Below are positions 1 to 14,769 of a DNA stretch of 64,000 nt, one piece after another. The DNA lies in assembly GCF_964355755.1 (NCBI RefSeq), contig NC_092675.1:29608912-29672911 (forward strand). Reading direction: 5' to 3'. This DNA is from Antedon mediterranea. Lineage: Eukaryota > Animalia > Echinodermata. The position numbers and the translations under genes are program-made. The notes below the pieces were generated by a model, which was not told the DNA's origin, did not search any database, and saw only the letters and a list, made by a program, of their open reading frames with translations. Each line of letters opens with the position of its first letter. The first letter of the stretch is position 1.

Positions 1-3000
1 TCCCAGATGGTACTCATATCCTAGGAAAGAACAAGCAACCACCAGTTGGAATGCCATGGGAAAGGCATGCACATTGCTGCTTATTGCTGGTGATAAAATA
101 AAAGTCTGGGTATTGGTACACTTGAAAAGCAACAGCTGTGGGTATCATTTCATTCAAAACATGTTATTCACATTCAAATTAAAGCAGTTAATTCAAAACA
201 TTTCATTCAAAATATTTCATTCACATCGCGTCATACACTGTAATACTGAAATGTTATGGTATTTTCTGAACTTGTACTTAACAAAGTTTTCTTCCCTGGT
301 TTATATTCATATAAAAATTATTACCGGTAAATACTTTTTTTTAAAATAAGGCATAAATAAAACATTCAAAATACTTTTTATAGTAAAATAATAATACCAG
401 CAAAATCTGAAGTTAAATAGAAGAAAAGAAATCATTCCTATTTTCATAAATTGTTTTTTAAAGTGCATTTCTGAAATGAATGATATTTCCGAGTCTATAA
501 GCAATCATTCAAAGTGGTCCCTAGGCTGCCAAAAATTGATTAGATCTTGGACCCAAAGAGGAATAGCCGAGTAAATTATTACTGTAGAGTATTTTTTTGC
601 AAGCTAATCAATGTGCACCTAGGGGGCTTTCTGAACCCAACACCTATATTGTAGATCAATTAAAAGACATTAGAAGAAGATTGACTTTAAATGAGGTTGA
701 TGGTGAAGTAGGTCTCAAGTTCAAATCCATAATGATAAAAGTACAACAATCTATAATAGCAACAATCAGTAGGCAAAGCAAACAGAAACAAATCGCTATA
801 TAGCTAATTGAAAATACTCTACCACATTGCTGTTTTTGTAGTTGAAGTAAAAATGTATTTCGGTTATGGCTCTCTATTCAGCTGGTATTCAATAGATTAG
901 AGATACAAAAAACTAAATGTCCCGCTTCCCACATAATTCTAAATGGCCACAGCGGGCATGTACGTTGGGTTGTAAATTGGGATGTCTTTTTGGGTGTCTA
1001 AAAAACTCAGATAGATCTGAAATCTGAGTTTTCTAGATCTGAGTTTTCTAGACACCCTGTCCTTTTTTCTGAAAATAGGACATCAACTGTGGCACGATTA
1101 TGTACAGGGTGGTATCTCTATGAACAAATAGAACCCTCAGCATAGTGCCTTCACACTGACTTTCTTTCATGATTTTCTCTTGCCATAATCCAGGATCAAG
1201 TACTGGCCATAACTTGAGGTGTTACTTTTGATTTTCATGTAGTGTTATGAAATACAAATTATGTCTACCTGCCAGCATTCAAGGAATGTCAAATAGTGAA
1301 CAGGAGCCAACAAAACCACAGGAATTTTAGAAATTTTAAGGAATTCCATCAAAAGTTTACTTTCAACTTTAAAAAGTTTTGTTAACTTTTCCTAATCCCA
1401 CTATACTTTTAGCTGAAGGTTATGTTCACACCAGATGACAGAGTTTATTTATTTATTTATTTATTTATTTCAACAATATTTTATGAGGGTGGTCCATCCA
1501 GCATCAGCTGATCATTAGGGACCCTCAAACAAACAGTAAATACAAAATAAACTATAAAAACACAAAAGATATAAAAAATAAATATATACTTATAGTTTTA
1601 CTGAACGTTATTGATATTGAGGTCAAAATGGTAAAAAATAATTAAGACAGGGCAACACTTATTGTTGCAATAGAAGTTGTATTTTGTTATCATAAGAAAC
1701 ATTGGATACAATACATTGGATACAGTACAATGGTGAACGCTAAAAGTAGATTTTACAGTTTTCTGCTAAACTACGGTTCAGACACATCATATTAGCTAAA
1801 TCTTTCGTCATGTGAACATGATGACCTCTCTAATCACATTCATATGTTATAGTTTATACTAAAAAAAAATATAATATAAATTAAATACCCACTTTAATAA
1901 TTTTTTAATATAAATACCATGGAGTAATGATAACTACTGTAGTCCTAGTAACTTTCATTAACTTTTTAAAATTAATTTATAGATTTTTTTTACACAATCT
2001 ATATTATATTGGGTAGTAGTATTAAGAATTACTTTTGTTGCTTAATCAGAAGTTTCGAGAAAGGTGTAGGATAGTGGCAAAAATTGCTTGCTAATCTTGT
2101 GCCTGTTTCCTTAAATAAATCATTATTTTTAAATGTCACAAAAATCAATTTATGACTACCAGGATGCTTAATGATTATTTAATACTGGTGTCTTTAAGTC
2201 TGGGCTAAATCGTAAAATCTCAAACACCATGTGATGTCATAATAAAATAAATAATTCTTCATTTTTTTCAATGACATTTAGTGATTGTACAATAATATCA
2301 AATTGTATTGAAAACTGCACAATTGTCACTACTCAATATTATGACAAATATTTGCGTTCTCCTTCAATGAACCTGTTAAAAATGATTGTAAGTATAGTGA
2401 AAGAATCCCCTCGTGTAAAGCTGTATATAATCGGCTTTCTTTTAAAAGCTGACTGGAATTGTCAAACTTCAACAGTTTCTATGCATGAATGATTTGCAAT
2501 ATAGTTCTTAATATAAACACTGAATTAAAATACCAAAGATGACCTTATTAGGCATATTTATTATTACAGATACACAAATTAGTTGATTAGTGTGTAAAAA
2601 AAAGGAATTCTATGGCATTTTAATTTTTAGCACAATTTGTTACCTTTAATGTACCAAATGTCTGAATGTAAAATTTACACAGACACTCTTTCCGACCGGA
2701 ATGCAGAAAATCACGTTTTTGAATCACAAGTTTTTAGTTGAATGCATCAAGGGCGACACAAAGCAAGAAAACATATTTCCTAATAATTAACACATTGTAG
2801 TCACGGGTCTTCACAACATAAATTGATATTGCTTTCAATATTTGCCATTAGAGGGAGCTATACATGTTCTATGGCAATTAAGTACGGTATTTCCATAATC
2901 ATTAAATTTTTGAACACATTTTTATTAAAAATGTAATAAAATTAATACAACATTCTACAATTATATCAGTCTCCAAATAAAACTAAGGCAAAAATATAAA

Positions 3001-5332
3001 TTTGTTATTTCAGGGGAGGAAGGGATTTTTTCTTTCTTCAAAGCAGTATATTTTATTGATTGATTTATGCTACCATTTTGACACCGATTCTTTAAAACAT
3101 GATGAAATGAATCATACTATCAAGTATCTAACAAGTTATAAATAAATGCTTTAACTATTTAAAAAAATGTTTTATTGACAATCACTTGACTTTTTATCCC
3201 AAAAGTGTCAACTAATTTCCCAATAGGATTAATATTTAACTTTCATGGTCACTGCAATATTACAATGAAAGAGCCAAATAAAGGGCATTCCTGTATTCCA
3301 TGGACCTGCTCCATGATTCATCTAACTTGAATAGGCATACCTCAAAAGTGTAATCAACTTTTTACTTCTTTCTGATGTCTTTTAGGTCCTGTTTCTACTG
3401 CAAAAAAATAACTGGTATATAACTGAACCTTCTTGGGAGCAGAAACAGGACAAATTTCAATAGCAATTTTTTGTTGTTTTTCCTGATTTTTTTTGGTACC
3501 ATTTAAAAATTTTGGAAAGCGGGACAATCTGGGGTAGGTCACCGATAATAACTTGTACTGTGTGGAATCTAGCAGAGGGTTTACTTATGAAACTTTTTTA
3601 TTCCTGACCCCTACAGCAATAATAATGTCGCTAGATGCGACATTCATATGAAAATCTCTTTAGTTAAAATTATTTGAGATAATATATCATTATTTATTAA
3701 CACTCTTTCTAATGACTTTAAAAAGGGCAACAAAAGGAGGACAATTATCTATCAATTAAAAACAAAATGTGTGGAAAATGACCGACTCTTGACCTCTTGA
3801 AAGTAGCCAGTGGATTAATTCACAATAAACAATGTGTTGTTATTGATCAGGCCGCTTGTCTAAAAGCACTTTGATGTAATTTATCACTGGTTCAGATATT
3901 TCATAAAGTGAAGTTAGTTAGTGTCAAAATCAATCAACATTCAAAGCTCAATTTTTAATTGGCATAATAAAATTATGCACACACATATTATAATAATAAA
4001 TAATTAATTTTCAAGATTCACTTACAATTTTGTTTATAATAATATTGAAATTAAATACAAAAGGAGGGTGACATGTTCCATTTCAGTAGGCAATGTTTTC
4101 AGTACAATTAATAAAGAGTATGTTTTATAAAATGAGAACTTTACCTCCATATCTCCCATACTGCATCATACCGTATCAAATCAAGTTCTCTATTCATAAA
4201 TTGTTACTGCTTTATTCACCATAAGGTTTAGTATTGATAATAAAAGGGGGTTTTACTCAAAATGAAAAAGCTTGTGAATTTCTCAAAGCAGAAAGTAAGA
4301 AATAAGTTAACAATTTTAAATTAATGTCAACGAAGATTCATACATTATAATTTAAAAAGGTTTGTAATTTTGGTACAAAATTTGAAATTATGAAAAATAA
4401 AAAAAACCTTTTACAGCCCTTCTTTAATTTATGTCTATTTATATACATGGTGCCTAGTAAACTTTTCATTCTTAAACTTTATAAATACTAAACTTTAAGT
4501 ATACACTTACCCTAGTAAGTATACCAGGGAGTTGTAAAATAATATAATATTTTTTTACAACTCCCTGAGTATAGTACACTCACATTTACAATATCAAAAT
4601 GTATGCGCTTTTCATCCATTTATATACAGTAGTAAGTCGGCTTATTTTTCAAAGTAAAATAAAATTCTTGAATTATGAATATTATCTATAAAAATACCTA
4701 ATGGATATTTGAAATTTTAAAAGCTGAACTATATATAACTAACAAGTGGTTGGTTCATGAAATTGATATCTTTTTTAAAATATGTATAAACGATAAGATA
4801 CACAATATAATACTTGTATTATTGTTAACAAACTGTTCTAATTCTAACTAAAATATTTATGAATTTCATATCAGTAGGCCTATTCAGATGGGGATTTCTA
4901 CAACAGGGGATAATTGATATTAATAAATCAACATTATCTAGGCACATTGCCAGAATTAACAAAAGAGGACTTAATATTTGTGAAATCTTTAAAAGTGGAT
5001 ACAAAAATAGCTTTTAATTTATAAAAAAAACCATGAATCATACCAATTTAGGTTAACCTACTTTATATTAGAGGAGAAAAATAAATATACCGTATATATA
5101 TTCAATTAAATTTGATTACTTCCACCAAAAACAGATACTGTAAAAACCCCTTTTTTACGTCCAGTCCTATTCAGGGCACACCCTTATTTAGTGGACACAC
5201 CCTTATTAAGTGGGAACACATGAAACAAAAGATGAAATATTATATGCTTTAAAACTATATGTCCAACTCCTATTCACTGGAGACACCTATTAGGGAACAT
5301 TTTGTTGAAGTTCTACGGTATAATGGTCCTAA

Positions 5333-5481
5333 CATTCAAACTTTATGTGACAAAAAAATGTGATGTGCCCATATATGGACATGACGATGTCATATCACTA
5401 CCATATTTGGGAATATCACTACCATATTTGGGCACATCACACTTATTTGTGTCAAACTAGTTTGATAGTGTGGACAGAGCT
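5333..5481. mobile_element. MITE family 1 copy (left end lost)
   Basis: CAAACTTTATGTGACAAAAAAATGTGATGTGCCC...CCATATTTGGGCACATCACAC...TTTGATAGTGTGGACAGAGCT. Confidence 0.8.
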
Positions 5482-6019
5482 TTACAGAGAAGCTAGTGTA
5501 ATTTATGCTAAAATTGAAAGGAATCAGAAGTGTTAAAATAAAGGCATTGAGTAACAACAGAAGCAGAGAATGAAAAGCAGAAGAATGTAATTCTCAAGAG
5601 TGTTACTGTACGGCAGCTGACACAAAAAAGGTGCGAGACAAAGTAGCGAGGGCGTTAAATTATCACTTCAATAAAAGGGCATGTGTGTTTGCCCATTAAC
5701 TCATCAACGCATCATGTATACGTTGTTTATAGGTCGAGGTTAAATGCTATCTTGTTATGGGTGAAAATAATTAATGCGTTTTGGCTGTCATCTTCAAAGA
5801 TAAAAAAAAACCGGAATATTGTGTACAAAATGTTGAATTAGTAAAATTACTTAAGAAACGTTGCAATGCATGACACTAATGTGGTAGAATGTCTGTGTGT
5901 CTTCCCTTACACATACCATATTCATTAATTACTATAAACCCTCCTTTAGGACACCCCTATTAAAAGGGGAAACTTTCTTGTTTTAATCTTGAATTAATGA
6001 GGCCGGGGATTTTTTTTTT

Positions 6020-6229
6020 TTTATTGCTGATCATTAGGGATCCTCAGAGAGAGGTGGTTCACAAGACAAACATATACACAAGATTCGCTACATAACAAAG
6101 TCTTATTACAAGTCTTTGAGAGTGGAGTTGTTATTTTGTCCTTGGAATAAATCCTGACTTGTGATGGGACTTCAACCCAGGACCCTTGGTAGCCAAGCAT
6201 CATAACCACTAAGCCACAACTTCACTCCA
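6020..6229 (-). mobile_element. tRNA-derived SINE family B
   Basis: Reverse-complement copy; adjacent poly-T on the plus strand at 6010-6022 could be its A tail. Confidence 0.75.
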
Positions 6230-7984
6230 TACTGCCAATACTGTACTACATCCAAACTCTATTAAAGGGACTCTATCCTGAAGGTGTCACTTTGACTTAA
6301 ATAAGTGATCAAGCAAATTAAAAACAAAAATCCATCAGTTTGACACCTCCTGTATATTAAGAAAAACGAGCAAAGGTTTAATTCCAGCCAAAAAATGTTT
6401 GTGAATTTTACTGCAATTCCCAATCAATTAATCCAGCAGTTGCACATAGCAACTGTTACAAGGCATTAACTGCTGTAATATGATATCTTACTTTATAATA
6501 AGCAAAAATATAAGTAAGGAAGGTAAGTAAACATAATGAATTATTAAATGGACAATGACGCAAGAAAATTGATGTGTGTATTTCAGGGTGTCTTTAAGCT
6601 GTTTATAACGGACATAGGATATGGAAGTATGAAATTAAACACCCATCAAATGACATCACACAAATCCTAGTCATTCTAGTTCATTAAGCTATATATTGAG
6701 ATGGATTAAGATTAGTAAGATGAGTTTAAGATAAGATTAAAGTACTTGGCACGGGACTTGGCAAAATGCAGAAAGCAACAGAGGACAATATTATATATTC
6801 TCTTCTCAGAATCTGTTTTCAATATAATAATTTGCAATGATGCGATATGATATTTCTGAAAGTCAAATGAACAGGCATGATAAACTTTAAAATTGTGGAC
6901 AGTACGGCGCCCACAAAACTTACATACAAAACAAGCACTTGTAATGTTCTAATGGGTTTGGTATAATTATTTGCTTGAATGTCTAAATATTCATTTATTC
7001 TACACCGCTTCATTCATTCATCAGTGGAAAATTACTTCCATTTATTGTCATTTGCATATACAATATACATTATGTTATATAACAAAAACAATTACAGTGT
7101 TACACTCTCGTACAACGGTATATACATGTATTAAAAATAGCATAGTTATATTCAGCTGAAGGTAAATAAAAATATAATTATTAAATAAAAAAAATGCCAT
7201 GATAAATAGAGGTTGACATTTGTCTCATTCATTAAAAAAAAGAGGTTGAAAGGAGGAAATTCACAAAACTGGATAAAGTATGGCAAAAATAATATTTCAT
7301 AAAATTATTACTTGAATATTATTATGAGGTTACATATTATATAGCTCACATATTTTATATTTGCAGGCGTAATAAAAATATGTTAAGCTGTTTGGGTTAT
7401 GCTGGCCACTGTAATTATAATAATCTTAGATTTTGCTTTGGTTTAAATTAACAACATAAACACCAACAAACGAAGCTACTTAAATAGCGTAAACATCACA
7501 AATGCAATTGACAGTGTTCACAGATAAATCATTAATATTGCTGTACACCGCTAGAAGTAGACAAGCGTGAGGATAATGCGATCGTGATTGATCAAGTACT
7601 AATGCCGAACGACAATTTGTTTTGGTTCTGATTTTATCACAAAGTTGAACTCCTTAAATAAATAAATATTAATTGGGCACAGAATCTTTCACATTATTGT
7701 GAAAAACATGTTTTATTATTATTATTTTATTAAGTGAAAATATTAAACTTTATAAACACAGTATACTCCTGATGATGATCAAATAAAGATCGTTGAATCT
7801 TGGCTTGCCTCTCGTTATTTGGAGTCAGTTTTATTTCACAGTATATTATTGTATTCTAAATGTAAGTGCAGTATTTAGTAGTAGTAGGCCACACCCCTAC
7901 TGGGCCACACCCCTACTGGGGCCACTTTTTATTTTATTTCACATACATCCAACAGTGATATGGCCAATTACAGGATGAGAGTAT

Positions 7985-8222
7985 ATATATGATGATTTTT
8001 GACAGTGGCTGTGTGTGAACTAGTACACCGGGGAAACCCCCCACTCGTCTTGAAAGATATACTAGGTTCTTTAAAGTGCACATGAGCGAGATGTGTACAC
8101 TGGACCTACGGTTTATAGTCCTTATCCCACCAGAACCATGGAGCGAGTGAGCCTCGAATCCTTGCCAATGTTAATATGGTAACGTATTACGGTTCCACTT
8201 TCTTAACCGCTCGGCCACTCAC
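7985..8222 (-). mobile_element. tRNA-derived SINE with a Deu/Nin-like core domain
   Basis: Minus strand: A box TGGCCGAGCGGTTAAG, B-box-like GGATTCGAGGCTC, then GGATAAGGACTATAAACCGTAGGTCC...TTAAAGAACC...GAGTGGGGGGTTTCCCCGGTGT, resembling the conserved DeuSINE/AmnSINE1 core. Confidence 0.7.
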
Positions 8223-9582
8223 TCTTTCTATTCATCCCCATTTCATATTTTATATTACCAGTAATCATTTCAGCATGGACTGAGTGTTGCAATGAGTGGT
8301 AAAAGAGGTCGTAGGGACCACTGTCGCCATCAAAAATACAACACCTCCAACAGATACAACAACAAAATAGCTTTCAAAGCATATGGTTTATTCCATAATG
8401 TGTTTTCTCTGTAGTGACATTACAAATTATGTGTATGAAAAACATTCTGTAACAATCATCAAAATATACATTTTTATAACAATTTCAGTTAAACTGATTT
8501 GAAGATAGGTCAACAGATTTTGAATAACTTATTTGAGTAAATTAACTTCATTAACCAACATTAATTCACACAATTATTAAACAACTGTTTATACATTATT
8601 ACAAATTATATTCTCAACAGATTTTGTTTTGCTGTATCAGTGCGTTGTATTATATTTAAAAAAAAATTAAATATTACAAATAAACTATTTACAAAAAGCA
8701 CCATTTAATCTGTTAAACAAGATATTATTTATGAAACTTAAATGACATATTGCCTATAAAAATAATTAATAAAACATTTATTGCTTTTACTATAAAATAT
8801 TTATTTTGTTTATTTTGAGTTGAGAATGTATTTGATCCTTGTATGCTAAAAAAATTAATAAATATTTGTGTTATTGCAATTAACAATAGAGTTAATTTAT
8901 AAAACCTGTACTATCTGTTCTTTGTAACATTAAAGTTTATTTTTGAACAGCTATACAGTGGCCAAGTCTCTGCCCTGTTGCCTAGTTGACGCTCTAGTAA
9001 ATAAATAGCATCTCTATGGTTGCTACTCATTTTATATAAAGTATAATATGATTATTTGGAATTTGGAATTACAAATACACAGGATACTTCTAAGAGGCAA
9101 AAAAAATTGATTACACAATTTTCAAGCCATAGCAAATTGAAACTCTCACTTATACATTTTTGTTATTTTTCTTAATAATGAATGAAAAAAGCTTGTTTAC
9201 AATTTAAAGATTTAGTATAAACTAGAACGGTTCAAACTGCTTCATGTCTTAAAATATTTTCATTTGCCACAGTTGATATTAAGATCTTGCACAAGTACTA
9301 TCAGTCACTATTAAGCACATCTTAAAGGACTTAGCTGTTACAAGTACGCAATATCAAACATGTTCAACAAACACTCTATTCTGTCCATTTTTCAGAGATT
9401 ACGCTTTGTAAATACAAATTTACAAAATACAAAATTTAAAGGAAGAATCTAATAATTCAATGTTGTTAAAAATATTTTGAAAGATGCAAACCGATAGTTA
9501 TTGATACATAAACATTTTAATTTTATATTACTACTGTATATGTAATATGTAATTACTACAGTATATGTTATATGTAATGATG

Positions 9583-10004
9583 CTTGCTGATTTGTGCCAA
9601 GAAGTATGATCACGTCACACCATTGTTCAAAGAGTTAAATTGGCTACCCATGGAGTCACATGTTAAATTTAAGATCCTGCTGCTGGTGTTCCGATGCCTA
9701 AATAGTTGCGCTCCAAAATATCTCTCAGAATTGTTGACAGTCAAGAAGGAAAAGCGAGAACTAAGATCTAGTCATCAGGTGCTACTGGACATTCCAAGGA
9801 GCAAACATAGTTGGGGAGATCAGACTTTCAGTGTTGCTGGACCTAGGCTCTGGAACCACCTACCCTTGAACATTAAACACACATCATTATTGAGTCACTT
9901 TAAGTCACTACTCAAAACTCACCTTTTCTGATTTTTTCTACAGCGCCATGAGCAATGAATGTTGGAATGGCGCTATATAAATCGAACAATTGATTGATTG
10001 ATTG
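9583..10004 (+). mobile_element. 5'-truncated LINE (L2/CR1-group) 3' end
   Basis: ORF 9584-9931 matches the typical ORF2 C-terminus (HVTPLFKELNWLP...FKILLLVFRCL...FSVAGPRLWNHLP...FKSLLKTHLF). Short 3'UTR with GCGCTATATAAAT, (GATT)n tail, candidate TSD AATGATG at 9576-9582 and 10005-10011. Confidence 0.85.
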
Positions 10005-12700
10005 AATGATGGTGATTAATCCATTGATCTAAACTGGTCATTAGGGACCTTACTTCATACTTAAAGGTTTCTTTCTATGGTACCTTGTGATTTGTTGATC
10101 ATGATGGATTTCATCATGATCATGGTAGTGTGAACAATGATAACATTGATTATCAAAGTTTTACAAAATAAATGACATGGGAATTGACACTAAGATTAGG
10201 TGCCTGTTATTCTTTTGAATTATTAGTAAATGTAATTTGGAAAGAAAAAATCTGTGTTTACATTCATATTTAAATTAAATGTGATTGTTATGATGTCATT
10301 GCTATTTTCAAAATGGGAAAATAATGATTTAATTCAAATTAATGAATGTCTATCATATCATATTTTGAGACATCTTATAATTTAAGTTAATTTCTATTTT
10401 TTTAATTTCCACAATATAACAACATATAATATACATAATGATAAACAAGTTAATATAGATATCAATGAAAACAAGTACTTAGGGGAAAGAGTGAGTCAAA
10501 AAACACTTTAGGTTCGACCCACCCAAAGATATAACATAAGGGGATGCTTTCCTCCTGTGAAAACAAACAAGGGACAATATGTTTAAAGACTAAGGTCCCA
10601 GACGGTGTCCCCTTAGCAGAGGTCTACAGAAATCACAAATTCAGGATTTGTCTTGTTTTATTTGGGACGTAAATAACAATATTACCGTACTTATATTGGG
10701 AAACATTTTAAATGAAATTCTATGACTCAGTATGTTGGTTCCGCTGATAATAATAATGTGAACATTAGGGAACATTAGTGGGCGAACATTTGGCACTAAG
10801 CTGAGAATGCTTGACTCACGAACCAAATCAAATAAAAGCAAATGATCCAATTGGGAACAATAAATGATGCGATTATAGACAATAGTCTATTAACAACATT
10901 AAATTAATTGTTCTGTAGTTTATATGTCTGTAAAATAAATGACATGAAAATTAAAATGTTCTTTAAAAATGTTAAAATTAATCCTTTTTATAGAAAGAAC
11001 AATAAAACAATTAATATTTTGGTGACATTGTTAGTTTTTCAAATGTGAAATAGAATTCTAAAGTTAATCATATTATTTAAAAGCAAAATGTAATAATAAT
11101 TTTAAATGATATCTTTACAAAACTGAAACATTGTGTTTGGGTTACTTTTAATTGTGGCATATGTGGCATATTTATAATCAAATATAAAACAAATATTTTT
11201 TATTTGAAAATAAAATGAAATGGTAACAAATGTACAACCAAAAAGTCAGTGGAAAATTGGTAAGGCGTAGTATGTAGCCTAGATACATCTGAAAACTTGC
11301 TGATAATGCGTTACAAAATGATGACAATTTCTAAAAATTTACAAAAATGTTATTTTAGAAAAGAAACTTGCTATTCTATGAAAATCCTTTGATTTGTTTT
11401 TATTGCTAGCGAAGACTACAGTGCAGATGAAAGACAAGATGTTTAGAAAGTTGAACATTTCAGAAAGCAGTAAATATTAAAGAGAGTTTATAAAGAAGGT
11501 CGTACGGGAGGTCGTACAGAAATAAGTGATATTTCTACATGGTAAGGTCTACAAACAACCTTGCTATATCAATATACACATTGGCTGATGTAAAGTCACA
11601 GATAATATATCTACATCTTTGATTACAAGCTGAGAGGCAGGTTTAGGGATGTCACAGCAATAGGTAATTTGGAATACAATTACTGTGTATACATGATCAG
11701 AGAACATTATATTATGATATGACATTATCAACAGTTTTGGGCTGAGGGGCATGGTATTATGTGAACATATACCGTAGCAACATTGGATAATCATAACGTT
11801 AGTCACATTGGTTATATGACATTATAATGTTTAGGCTGATGGGCACGTTTAAGTGTATATGAAACGGACTATGAAACATCAGCACCATTAGTTCAAACAT
11901 TTCAGTATTTTTGGATAGGACATAAGATTTAACTTTCAACGTCCTTATAATCACATGTTTCTTCATATATCTATTTTGATGTTCAATTTGTTGTTAATGA
12001 CCTATAGCAGTCAATTTATTTTGATTTTTAAAAAGTAATTTTAACCAATTTATAAATATTTTTAAAATTAAAACGCAATTCAGCATTTTTGCTGCCATGT
12101 TTTAATCTTTTTGTTTTGTTAATAAATACTAATGGAAAAAAAACACAAGTTGGACCACACCCTTTTCAAATGTAGAGAGCACGAACTAGTGCTACCCTGG
12201 ATACACTCATGATTTTTTTTTAAATGTCTACACAATTTTAGGTAGGTGTTTAAATTAAATCTTAACTGAAAATAAATCCAAAACATTAATCTAAACTTTA
12301 GAATTTGTTAAAAACATGTTGTTTACTTCAATTGACAGTTAAAAAAACAACTTTAGGTCTTATTACCGGTATGAATGTACAGGAAAGTGTAAAAAAACAA
12401 GCAGAATAACTCTAGAGGGCAACATTCATCTAAGTGTGACATGGAATTGAATTGCTGTTGCTTGAACCAGTTACAACATTTTTTTCTTCAGTTTTCTATC
12501 ATGAATGACTTACAAAGGGATTTCAGAATATTTTGGAGGACACAGACCATTAGCGCCACTACTAGAATAAACAGTTAATGTACACACTGACCATTAGTGG
12601 ACAACCAGGAAATTGAAAATTTTTCTCAGCCGGGATGGGAGAACAACAATTTGCCTTCTTGCTATTGAATATACATTCCATGAAAGTTGTTCTCCAACTT

Positions 12701-13070
12701 AGGTTATGTTCAGATCTATGGAGTTATGCTTTCGTATCGCAAGCAATGTCATGTTAAATTACAGTAGCGTCGTAACAGCAACGTGTTAAGATTCGCCTAC
12801 CTAACGTTTTCGTTTCAAACTGAATTTTTACCGATTTGGGTGAACATCTGGTATGCAGGAGTAAATTTGATTGGTTGAAGGACAAAATCATTGATGCATG
12901 ATTTTTGTATCGTAAGCGCCGTTCACTAATCTTGTACCTTGAGCTGTTGTAACAAATGAAAGATCAGTGTCGCAAGAGGTGGTTTTCACTAATCTTTTTC
13001 TGGTTCAGACCTATAGAGTTGTACGACGTGTACGATATGAAAGCATAAATCTGCAAGTCTGAACAGGCCC
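12701..13070. mobile_element. Putative MITE with GG..TGTTCAGA / TCTGAACAGGCC termini
   Basis: Imperfect terminal inverted repeats AGGTTATGTTCAGATCT...GC and GCAAGTCTGAACAGGCCCT, with TTA/TAA flanks. Confidence 0.5.
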
Positions 13071-13620
13071 TTAATAAAGTACAGATCTGTAATAATGTAC
13101 TTGACGTGATTCTGTAGACATGTCACCATATTTTGATGGTTAAGATCAAACAAATTGTACTTCCAATTATAGTACATGTAAGCTGAATATAAGTTATATG
13201 CGTGCTCAAAACAAACACTTGTGAGTAACTTCAGTCTGAAATTATTATTGATTAAATGTTTGAAAGAATAAATTCAACAATATTATTTGAAAGTGTAATA
13301 TAAAGTCTTTCCCTTCTTTTTTTAGGTTTTTACATTTTCACCTATTCTTCCTCATTTCAACAAAATCCACAACCATGGACGGATTCATCTTGTTTACTGC
13401 GCACTCAAGCATGTCGTCTCGTGCTGTGCCACATTGTTTTTCGTCACAAATGTTTGGCATATTGTTGATTATTGAAACCAACAAAACAATCATACAACAT
13501 AAGTTTACCTGATGAGAATGATCTTCATCTGACATCATCATCAGTACTGTGTCACCTGCAATAAGAAATATAATTAGTTTTAATATTTAAATGAAGACTA
13601 TGAGGAGATCTTCTTTTAGA

Positions 13621-14060
13621 AAAAGCTGTAAGATGGAATTGTTGCTATACTTCAGCTTATATGTCAAAGGGTCTAAAAGCTGTAAGATGGAATTGTTGCT
13701 ATACTTCAGCTTATATGTCAAAGGGTCTAAAAGCTGTAAGATGGAATTGTTGCTATACTTCAGCTTATATGTCAAAGGGTCTAAAAGCTGTAAGATGGAA
13801 TTGTTGCTATACTTCAGCTTATATGTCAAAGGGTCTAAAAGCTGTAAGATGGAATTGTTGCTATACTTCAGCTTATATGTCAAAGGGTCTAAAAGCTGTA
13901 AGATGGAATTGTTGCTATACTTCAGCTTATATGTCAAAGGGTCTAAATGCTGTAAGATGGAATTGTTGCTATACTTCAGCTTATATGTCAAAGGGTCTAA
14001 AAGCTGTAAGATGGAATTGTTGCTATACTTCAGCTTATATGTCAAAGGGTCTAAATGCTG
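13621..14060. repeat. 54-bp minisatellite, ~8 near-identical copies
   Basis: Unit AAAAGCTGTAAGATGGAATTGTTGCTATACTTCAGCTTATATGTCAAAGGGTCT. Confidence 0.97.
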
Positions 14061-14551
14061 ACTTTTTGTAGACTGTCTGTGGACCTAGGCTGGTTTTGCA
14101 GAAAGTTTGATATTGTGAATTATTTTGAATGTTATCTTTTTGTAAATGTGAGTGTACTAATGTAAATTACCATTATCTTTGCATTATTTCTATTATATTG
14201 TTAATGTTTGGAAATCAATGCTTTAGCACTGAAAGTGTCATTCAGTATAAAGACAGAATAAATAAATACCTATATTAGTCATTTAAACAACATACTGTAA
14301 CATTTGCTATATGCTCAATATTTTATCTCTTTCTTTTTTTTTCTTTTCATGTATTATACATATATGTATTGTCGGGGCCCTCATGAGACAAGCTATTGCT
14401 TCTAGTGCAGGCCCCAGTTATTATTGTTATAACTGAATAAATATGTATGAATGAATGCTATTTAACAAGAATTTGGAATTATTTAATCATCATGTCTTGG
14501 GCGAGTTTCCGTTTCAAAGAGTTTGTACTAGGAGAGTTGACTGTACAATAA

Positions 14552-14708
14552 AGCTCTGTCCACACTATCAAACTAGTTTGACAAAAAAAGTGTGATGTGC
14601 CCAAATATGGTAGTGATATGGCCAAATATGGTATGACATCATCATGTCCCTATATGGGCACATCACATTTTTTTTGTCACATAAAGTTTGTTAGTGTAGA
14701 CAAGACTT
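14552..14708. mobile_element. MITE family 1 copy, just 3' of the SLC9B stop codon
   Basis: TIR AGCTCTGTCCACACTATCAAAC...TAGTGTAGACA, flanked by TAA (PIF/Harbinger-like TWA target). Confidence 0.8.
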
Positions 14709-14769
14709 AATACAGTAAATAGATTCATAAACTAGTAATAAACAAAAACCAATATAGATATAAAACCTT

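Noticed and set aside
11410-11541. Plus-strand exon-like segment (TAG|...ATG|GTAAG)
   Set aside because: Stops in all three frames and no partner exons found.
56-13177. Numerous 60-100 aa ORFs in the first 13 kb
   Set aside because: AT-rich composition, often non-ATG starts, and no recognisable domains apart from the LINE fragment at 9584.
13587-14071. Three overlapping 136-156 aa ORFs with 18-aa repeats
   Set aside because: By-product of a 54-bp minisatellite (multiple of 3) that is open on both strands; no splice or domain support.
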